Under the pieces are notes generated by a model. The model worked only from the letters and a program-made list of their open reading frames with translations. It had not been told where the DNA came from and ran no database searches. Positions 58,386-64,000 of a stretch of DNA of 64,000 bases are shown piece after piece. The stretch comes from Planctomycetes bacterium UBA1146. Lineage in GTDB: Bacteria; Planctomycetota; UBA8108. Numbering within the stretch: position 1 is the first letter of the stretch; each line of letters starts with the position of its first letter. Location of the stretch: NCBI GenBank assembly GCA_963579555.1, contig CAUZHA010000002.1, forward strand, positions 4,307 to 68,306, given 5' to 3'. A program made the translations under genes and the position numbers.

Positions 58386-59269
58386 GTCAGCCGGATGTTA
58401 CCAGCAGGCGCTCTGATGCGGCGAAGGCAGGCTCGCCGGGCGGGAGCATCTCGCGCTGGCTCGGCAACAGCGGCTTTCTCGTTGCCCTTATCCTGGTTGG
58501 TTCCTTCTACGTGATCATGCTCCTGGCGATGCTGGCGGCGGACCTGACCTGGACCGCGCCCGGGGATTTTATCAAGGCCCTCTCTTCCGAAGAGATCCAG
58601 TACTCGATTCGCCTGAGCCTGATGTCGTGTACCGTTGCAGCGATCCTCTCGGTTTGGGTTGCTGTGCCGATCGGCTACCTGATGTCCCGCTTCAACTTCT
58701 TCGGCAAGGGGTTTGTCGATGCCATACTCGACATTCCGATCGTCCTGCCGCCGCTGGTGGTCGGGCTCAGCCTGCTCGTTCTTTTTAGTACCACTGCCGG
58801 CGTCTGGGTGGAGGAGCAGTTCAAGGCGGTCTTCGGTACGGGGATCACCTACCAGATTCCAAGTGTCGTGCTGGCACAGTTCATGGTCGCCTGCGCCTTC
58901 GCTGTGCGCACTATGCGGACCACCTTTGACCAGATCTCGGTGCGGCAGGAGGATGTCGCCCTGACGCTGGGTTGCAGCCGCTTCCAGGCCTTCTGGCGGG
59001 TCACCCTGCCGGAGGCGCGCAACGGGCTGATTACCGCGCTGACTCTTGCCTGGGCCCGCTCGCTGGGCGAGTTCGGACCAATCCTGGTCTTTTCCGGGGC
59101 GACTCGCATGAAGACGGAGGTTCTGCCGACCACCGTTCACCTTGAACTGACCACAGGGGATTTGGAGGCTGCCGTGGCGGTTTCGCTCCTCATGGTGGTC
59201 TGCGCGGTCGGAGTGTTGTACGCGATCAGGCACTTTGGCAGTGACAGGGCCATGGGGCGGGTTATCTGA
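58382..59269 (+). CDS. modB: Molybdate ABC transporter permease
   Basis: Six hydrophobic helices. ABC permease EAA-like loop LTLGCSRFQAFWRVTLPEARNGL. Overlaps modA by 4 nt. Confidence 0.8.
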   Translation: MSQPDVTSRRSDAAKAGSPGGSISRWLGNSGFLVALILVGSFYVIMLLAMLAADLTWTAPGDFIKALSSEEIQYSIRLSLMSCTVAAILSVWVAVPIGYLMSRFNFFGKGFVDAILDIPIVLPPLVVGLSLLVLFSTTAGVWVEEQFKAVFGTGITYQIPSVVLAQFMVACAFAVRTMRTTFDQISVRQEDVALTLGCSRFQAFWRVTLPEARNGLITALTLAWARSLGEFGPILVFSGATRMKTEVLPTTVHLELTTGDLEAAVAVSLLMVVCAVGVLYAIRHFGSDRAMGRVI

Positions 59270-59276
59270 GACCATG

Positions 59277-59930
59277 ATATCAGTCAAGAAGCTCAACCTG
59301 TCGGTAGGGGAGTTCGCCCTGCAGAATGTGAGCTTCGAGGTTCCGACCAGGTCCTATTGCGCGCTGATGGGTAAGACCGGTTGTGGCAAGACCACCATCC
59401 TCGAAGCGGTCTGCGGTCTGCGTAACGTCGATTCCGGAAGCATCATCCTGATGTCGCGGGAGGTTACCAGCCTGCCGCCGGCGGAGAGGGGAATCGGCTT
59501 CGTTCCGCAGGACGGCGCTCTTTTTTCCAGTATGACGGTCGAGGAGAACCTCGGTTTTTCGCTGGCGGTGAGGAACAGACCGAAGGGAGTTGTCGCGGAG
59601 CGTGTGAAGGAGCTGGCGGAGCTCCTTGGCATATCCAGCCTTCTCCAGCGGAGGATCCAGGGACTCAGCGGAGGTGAAAAGCAGCGGGTAGCGCTTGGAA
59701 GGGCTCTCGCCTTTGAGCCCGGCATTCTCTGTCTCGATGAGCCCCTCAGCGCCCTCGACGATGATACCAAGACGGGACTCGTCGATTTGCTCGCCAGGGT
59801 CAGGGAGGAAACCGGTGTGACGACGCTTCATATCACCCACAGCCTGCAGGAGGCGAGGTCTCTCTGTGATATGCTCCTGGTGATGGAAGACGGCCAGGTG
59901 AGGGAGTTGCCGGTGGAGGGCGAGGCATGA
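59277..59930 (+). CDS. modC: Molybdate/tungstate ABC transporter ATP-binding protein (no TOBE domain)
   Basis: Walker A GKTGCGKTT. LSGGEKQRVALGRAL. CLDEPLSALD. Only about 217 aa. Confidence 0.75.
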   Translation: MSVKKLNLSVGEFALQNVSFEVPTRSYCALMGKTGCGKTTILEAVCGLRNVDSGSIILMSREVTSLPPAERGIGFVPQDGALFSSMTVEENLGFSLAVRNRPKGVVAERVKELAELLGISSLLQRRIQGLSGGEKQRVALGRALAFEPGILCLDEPLSALDDDTKTGLVDLLARVREETGVTTLHITHSLQEARSLCDMLLVMEDGQVRELPVEGEA

Positions 59931-60205
59931 AGGTGAAGATTCGTTATTGCGGACAACTCAAACAGGGCGCCGGCTGCGCTGCGGAGGCGGTCGATCTCGG
60001 AGGCGAACTGAGCGCCCAGGAGCTGATTGCGAGCGTGGCGGCGAGGCATGGTGAACCGCTCACCGGGTACCTGCTCGATGAGAGCGGGCGCCTGAGGGCG
60101 ACGGTGCTCGCCTTTGTGAATGAAGAGCAGGTTGACTGGGAGACCGCAAGACCGCTGGGCGATGGAGACGAGCTGGTTTTCATGTCGGCGATCGCCGGCG
60201 GTTGA
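59927..60205 (+). CDS. MoaD/ThiS-family sulfur-carrier protein
   Basis: 92 aa ending in a Gly-Gly C-terminus (...MSAIAGG). Beta-grasp-like pattern. Overlaps modC by 4 nt. Confidence 0.65.
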   Translation: MKVKIRYCGQLKQGAGCAAEAVDLGGELSAQELIASVAARHGEPLTGYLLDESGRLRATVLAFVNEEQVDWETARPLGDGDELVFMSAIAGG

Positions 60206-60233
60206 GCCGGTCGAGGTAAACGGATCCGGAAAA

Positions 60234-60959
60234 ATGATCGAACCCAAATCACTCACCGACGAAGAGCGCGCTGTCTACGAATGGCAGATGTGGGTCCCCG
60301 AATTCGGCGAGGAAGGGCAGGAGAAGCTCAAGGGGGCCTCGGTGCTGATCTCCCGCATCGGCGGACTCGGGGGCGTGGTCGCCTACGAACTCGCCGCCGC
60401 CGGGGTCGGGCGCCTGGTGCTGGCTCACGCTGGGGATGTGAAACCCAGTGATCTGAACAGGCAATTGCTCATGACCCACGACGGCCTCGGAAAATCGCGG
60501 GTGGAGTTGGCCGCGAGGCGTCTGCGGGAGCTCAACCCCCGTCTCGAGATCGAGGCCGTCGCTGAAAATGTCAACGAGGACAACGCCGCGACGCTGGTCG
60601 GGAGCGTCGACCTGGTGGTCGATTGCGCCCCGCTTTTCGAGGAGCGCTTCCTGTTGAACCGCGAGGCACAGAGCCAGGGCAAGCCGCTGGTTGAGTGCGC
60701 GATGTATGAGCTCGAGGCGCAGCTGACCACCTTTCTCCCCGGGAAAACCAGCTACCTGCACGAGCTCTTTCCTGAAAAGCCCGGGTGGTGGAAGCGCGAG
60801 TTCCCGGTATTCGGCGCAGTCTCCGGCGCGGTGGGCTGCATGGGAGCGATGGAGGCCATCAAGGTCATCTCGGGGATCGGCGAGCCGCTCGCCGGTGAGC
60901 TGCTGGTCTTCGATCTCGGTGAGATGCGTTTTCACAAGATGAAGCTCGGCGTTTCCTGA
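60234..60959 (+). CDS. ThiF/MoeB/HesA family E1-like adenylyltransferase
   Basis: Rossmann motif ISRIGGLGGVVAYELAAAGVGRLVL. Family-typical DLNRQ motif. Confidence 0.75.
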   Translation: MIEPKSLTDEERAVYEWQMWVPEFGEEGQEKLKGASVLISRIGGLGGVVAYELAAAGVGRLVLAHAGDVKPSDLNRQLLMTHDGLGKSRVELAARRLRELNPRLEIEAVAENVNEDNAATLVGSVDLVVDCAPLFEERFLLNREAQSQGKPLVECAMYELEAQLTTFLPGKTSYLHELFPEKPGWWKREFPVFGAVSGAVGCMGAMEAIKVISGIGEPLAGELLVFDLGEMRFHKMKLGVS

Positions 60960-60967
60960 GTGCTGCT

Positions 60968-61726
60968 ATGAAAAACGCATCGACGAGGCCGTGGATTCTC
61001 CAGGCGGTCTGCCTTCTTCCCCTGCCTGCTCTCGCCGCAGTGTTGTTTCTTTCCTCCTCATTCCAGGCAGGAGCCAGCGAGGCCTTTGACCTTCTTCGCT
61101 CAGGGGATCTTTCCGGCCTGGAGGCCTGGGCGCGCGCTACGGGTGGGTGGGCTCCGCTCATCATGGCGGGGCTGATGGTCCTGCAGGCCATCTCGCCCAT
61201 CCCGATCCCGGCATTGCTGGTGACGGTCACCAATAGCTTTCTCTTCGGCCCGCTGCTGGGCGGGCTGCTGTCGATCCTGTCGGCGAACGTGGCGGCCATG
61301 GTTTGTTTCTCCATCGGCCGGCTCTTCGGCCAGCAGGTCGTTGAGAGGTTTGTCAGCGAAAAGACGAAGAAACGAATCGACCGGTTGGCCGGCACCCACG
61401 GTACCCGGGCGGTTTTCGTCGCCCGCCTGGTACCCATCGTGCCTTTCGACGGGGTCAGCTATCTCTGTGGGATTGGCCGGGTTCGGGCGGCGCCCTTTTT
61501 CTTCGCGACACTGCTGGGCCAGGCTCCTGCCGCGATGACCTACTCCTTCCTTGCACAGGAGGCGGCCGCGGGGCTGAAGGGCGAGCGCGCCCCCTGGCTC
61601 GTTGCCACGACCATCGTCCTGTCGGTCCTCAGTCTTCTCCTGCTGAGCTGGTGGATTCGAGGGGCCCTGCTGGGTCGCCGGGAGACCGGTGGAGAGCCGG
61701 GCGGGGACACTCCGCCCCAGAGCTAG
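60968..61726 (+). CDS. DedA/TVP38/TMEM64 family membrane protein
   Basis: Hydrophobic profile. LVPIVPFDGVSYLCGIG (DedA signature). Confidence 0.75.
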   Translation: MKNASTRPWILQAVCLLPLPALAAVLFLSSSFQAGASEAFDLLRSGDLSGLEAWARATGGWAPLIMAGLMVLQAISPIPIPALLVTVTNSFLFGPLLGGLLSILSANVAAMVCFSIGRLFGQQVVERFVSEKTKKRIDRLAGTHGTRAVFVARLVPIVPFDGVSYLCGIGRVRAAPFFFATLLGQAPAAMTYSFLAQEAAAGLKGERAPWLVATTIVLSVLSLLLLSWWIRGALLGRRETGGEPGGDTPPQS

Positions 61727-61789
61727 TTGGACTTCAACTCGCCGCCTTGAGTATATTGGGTTGATCATACCCAACAGGAGGAAGACAGC

Positions 61790-63148
61790 ATGGAGGGTCC
61801 CATGGACAGGCGCGATTTTCTCTCGAAGAGCACAAAAAGTGTATTCCTGATGTCGGCGGCGGGTTCCACCCTGGCCGCCCGTAGTCCCGTGAAGGCTATC
61901 GCTGCCAGCGACAAGGTGCGGATCGCGGGGATCGGCTCTGGTGGACGAGGCTCGAGCCTGGTCGCCGGTTTTCTCGACCACAAGGAGGTTGAGATCGCGG
62001 CGATCTGCGACCTCGATCCTTCGCGCGGCGGCTCCCTCGTCAAGCATTGCGAGGGTCGCCAGGGAAAGAAGCCGGCGCGCATTCTCGAGTACCGCAAGGT
62101 GCTCGATGACAAGAATATCGACGCGGTCATCAACGCCACTCCGGATCACTGGCACGGCCCGCTGACGGTTTTCTCCTGCCAGGCCGGTAAGGATGTCTAC
62201 GTCGAGAAGCCGCCCTCTCACAATGTCTGGGAGGGCCGCAAGATGGTCGAGGCGGCAAGACGCTACAAGCGGATCGTCCAGGTCGGCACCCAGAACCGCA
62301 GCGCGCCCTACGTGCAGAAGGCGCTCGAGCTCATTCGCGGCGGCGGAATCGGCGACATCAAGGTGTGCAAGGTCTTCAACATGAAGAACGGTGGTCCCTA
62401 CAGGGAGCCGTCTCCGGGCACCAGGCCCAATGGAGTCGACTACGACACCTGGCTCGGCCCCGCCCCCAAGCGGACCTTCAGCCGGGCGCATTTCCACGGC
62501 AGCTGGCACAAATACTGGGCCTATTCCGGCGGCGACATGGCTGATTGCGGCGTCCATCAGCTCGACATCGCCCGCTGGCTCTGCGGCGTCGATTTCCCCT
62601 CGGCTGTTCACGCCTCCGGCGGCAATTTCGTCCACAAGGATGACAGCGAGGTGCCCGACACCCAGATCGTCACCTACGAATTCGAGAAGATGCTGATGAC
62701 CTTCGAGTTGACCCATTGGGCGCCCTATATGCGCAAGACCAACGGCCAGACCCGAAACGGCAGCGTCCACCCCTTCTGGCCGCAGAACGCCACCCGGATC
62801 GAATTCTACGGCACGAAGCAGCTGATGATTCTCGGTCGCCACGGCGGCGGCTGGCAGGTCTTCACCGGCGACGGCAAGGTCGTAGAGCAGCTCTACGGCC
62901 GCTTCCCCGATCCCCCGCACAAGGCGAACTTCATCCAGTGCATCAAGAACCGCAAGCTTCCCAATGCCGACATCGAGGAGGGCCATCGAAGCGCTGTCCT
63001 CGTCCACCTCGGCAACATCGCCTACCGGGTGGGGGGTCGAAAGCTCCATTTCGACAAGACGACCGAGCGCTTCCGGACTGACAAGGATGCCAACGCGCTC
63101 ATCAAGCGCGAGTACCGTGCGCCCTTCGTGATTCCCGAGAAGGTGTGA
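61790..63148 (+). CDS. Gfo/Idh/MocA family oxidoreductase (Tat signal)
   Basis: Tat motif DRRDFLSKSTKSVFLMSAAGS. Rossmann IAGIGSGGRG. EKP motif. Confidence 0.75.
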   Translation: MEGPMDRRDFLSKSTKSVFLMSAAGSTLAARSPVKAIAASDKVRIAGIGSGGRGSSLVAGFLDHKEVEIAAICDLDPSRGGSLVKHCEGRQGKKPARILEYRKVLDDKNIDAVINATPDHWHGPLTVFSCQAGKDVYVEKPPSHNVWEGRKMVEAARRYKRIVQVGTQNRSAPYVQKALELIRGGGIGDIKVCKVFNMKNGGPYREPSPGTRPNGVDYDTWLGPAPKRTFSRAHFHGSWHKYWAYSGGDMADCGVHQLDIARWLCGVDFPSAVHASGGNFVHKDDSEVPDTQIVTYEFEKMLMTFELTHWAPYMRKTNGQTRNGSVHPFWPQNATRIEFYGTKQLMILGRHGGGWQVFTGDGKVVEQLYGRFPDPPHKANFIQCIKNRKLPNADIEEGHRSAVLVHLGNIAYRVGGRKLHFDKTTERFRTDKDANALIKREYRAPFVIPEKV

Positions 63149-63175
63149 GGGCGCGATGGAGCTGAGCAGCTGAGC

Positions 63176-64000
63176 ATGCCGCGCGCTACAGATATCAGTG
63201 TCAAGGGGGCGACGCTCTACTACCTTCCGGTAGAGACCCGGGTGCCGCTCAAGTTCGGGCCCGAGACGCTCTTGAGCGTCACCTGCGCCCGGGTCGAGCT
63301 GACGGTCGCCGATGGCGCAGGGCGTACGGCCGCCGGCTGGGGCGAGACCCCGCTGAGCGTACAGTGGGTCTGGCCGAGCGCGCTGTCCTACGGCGAGCGC
63401 CACGGGGCGCTGAAAGAGTTCACCGAGCTGCTGGCGAAGAGGTGGGCGGAATATCCGGGCAGCGGCCATCCGATGGAACTCGGCAGGGATTTTCAGCAGC
63501 ACGTGCTGGTGCCGGAGCTTGAATTTTTCAACGAGGCGAGGGGCGATTCGGAGCCCATGCCCTGGCTCGCGGCGCTGGTCTGCTGCTCGCTCTTTGACCT
63601 GGCGCTCCACGATGCCTACGGAGTTCTGCACGGCGTCGATGTCTACACAACCTACAACAGCGACTTCATGAGCCGCGACCTGTCGGGCTTCCTGGTCGAC
63701 TCGGGTGGTTCAAAAACCGTTTTCGAAGGAAAATACCCCGCCGATTATCTTGTCGAAGAGCGCCCCTCGAGCCTGCCGGCCTGGCATCTCGTGGGAGGCA
63801 AGGATCTGCTCGATGCCGCCGAGCTCGACGGCTCCGAGCCCGATGATGGTTATCCCGTCCTGTTGGCGGACTGGATTGAGCGCGATGGATTGAGCTGTCT
63901 GAAGGTCAAGCTGCGCGGTGATGATTCGGTCTGGGACTACGAGCGCCTGGTGAGCGTCGGGCAGCTCGCCCTCGAGGGGAGCTGCCCCTGGCTGACGACG
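63176..64000 (+). CDS. Enolase-superfamily protein, 3'-partial (runs off window)
   Basis: ATG at 63176 with no stop before the window end. The N-terminus (SVTCARVELTVADGAGRTAAGWGETP) is paralogous to the gene at 48955-50379 (IRLTVEDSNGKTARGVAADGLPP). Not in the ORF track because it lacks a stop. Confidence 0.6.
   Translation, partial: MPRATDISVKGATLYYLPVETRVPLKFGPETLLSVTCARVELTVADGAGRTAAGWGETPLSVQWVWPSALSYGERHGALKEFTELLAKRWAEYPGSGHPMELGRDFQQHVLVPELEFFNEARGDSEPMPWLAALVCCSLFDLALHDAYGVLHGVDVYTTYNSDFMSRDLSGFLVDSGGSKTVFEGKYPADYLVEERPSSLPAWHLVGGKDLLDAAELDGSEPDDGYPVLLADWIERDGLSCLKVKLRGDDSVWDYERLVSVGQLALEGSCPWLTT

Noticed and set aside
61100-63631. 843-aa minus-strand ORF
   Set aside because: Arg/Gly/Pro-rich composition typical of an antisense frame in high-GC DNA. 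It overlaps three well-supported plus-strand genes (DedA, Gfo/Idh/MocA, enolase-like).
1-64000. CRISPR arrays, tRNA/rRNA genes, integrases/transposases
   Set aside because: Scanning the intergenic regions and the ORF list found no regularly spaced direct repeats, no cloverleaf-like tRNA candidates, and no recombinase or transposase-like ORFs. None are reported.

Overview
This 64 kb window is high-GC (about 62%) and gene-dense. Its content looks Planctomycete-like, on three lines of evidence: the DUF1501/DUF1549-DUF1553 and DUF1592-family/DUF1552 gene pairs, the abundance of Tat/Sec signal peptides, and dockerin and PQQ-propeller giant proteins. No rRNA, tRNA, CRISPR array or obvious mobile element was recognised by eye.

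Features, left to right:
- 1-7450: a tandem array of five secreted amidohydrolase paralogs, comprising six domains; only one retains the HxH metal motif.
- 7505-9034: an FG-GAP lipoprotein with a CxxCH motif.
- 9616-13148: a prepilin-like three-gene cluster plus a C-terminally anchored secreted protein.
- 14277-19604: a 1775-aa PQQ beta-propeller giant with embedded methyltransferase-like, lectin-like and malectin-like domains.
- 19718-24734: ALDH7-type aldehyde dehydrogenase, a HEAT-repeat protein, NUDIX and Ogt.
- 24903-33698: two back-to-back Planctomycete signature gene pairs.
- 33806-48109: miscellaneous metabolism genes (threonine dehydratase-like, ThiO-like oxidase, esterase, Gfo/Idh/MocA, PduO adenosyltransferase, HpcH aldolase, cupin, dockerin protein, galK, MutT, class V aminotransferase, histidine phosphatase, cysQ).
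- 48191-48835: a BtuE-like glutathione peroxidase with an in-frame TGA exactly at the catalytic Cys/Sec position. The ORF track splits it; I read it as a clear selenoprotein.
- 48955-52819: an enolase-superfamily enzyme, two zinc-ribbon membrane paralogs and a DUF2752-like gene.
- 52934-54724: a PQQ-propeller gene interrupted by TAG at a conserved Trp.
- 54745-61726: an ABC ATPase, a tandem-duplicated ModA with ModB and ModC, MoaD and MoeB-like genes, and DedA.
- 61790-64000: a second Gfo/Idh oxidoreductase and a second enolase-superfamily gene running off the window end.

Many long antisense ORFs in the six-frame track are GC-rich frame noise and were rejected.
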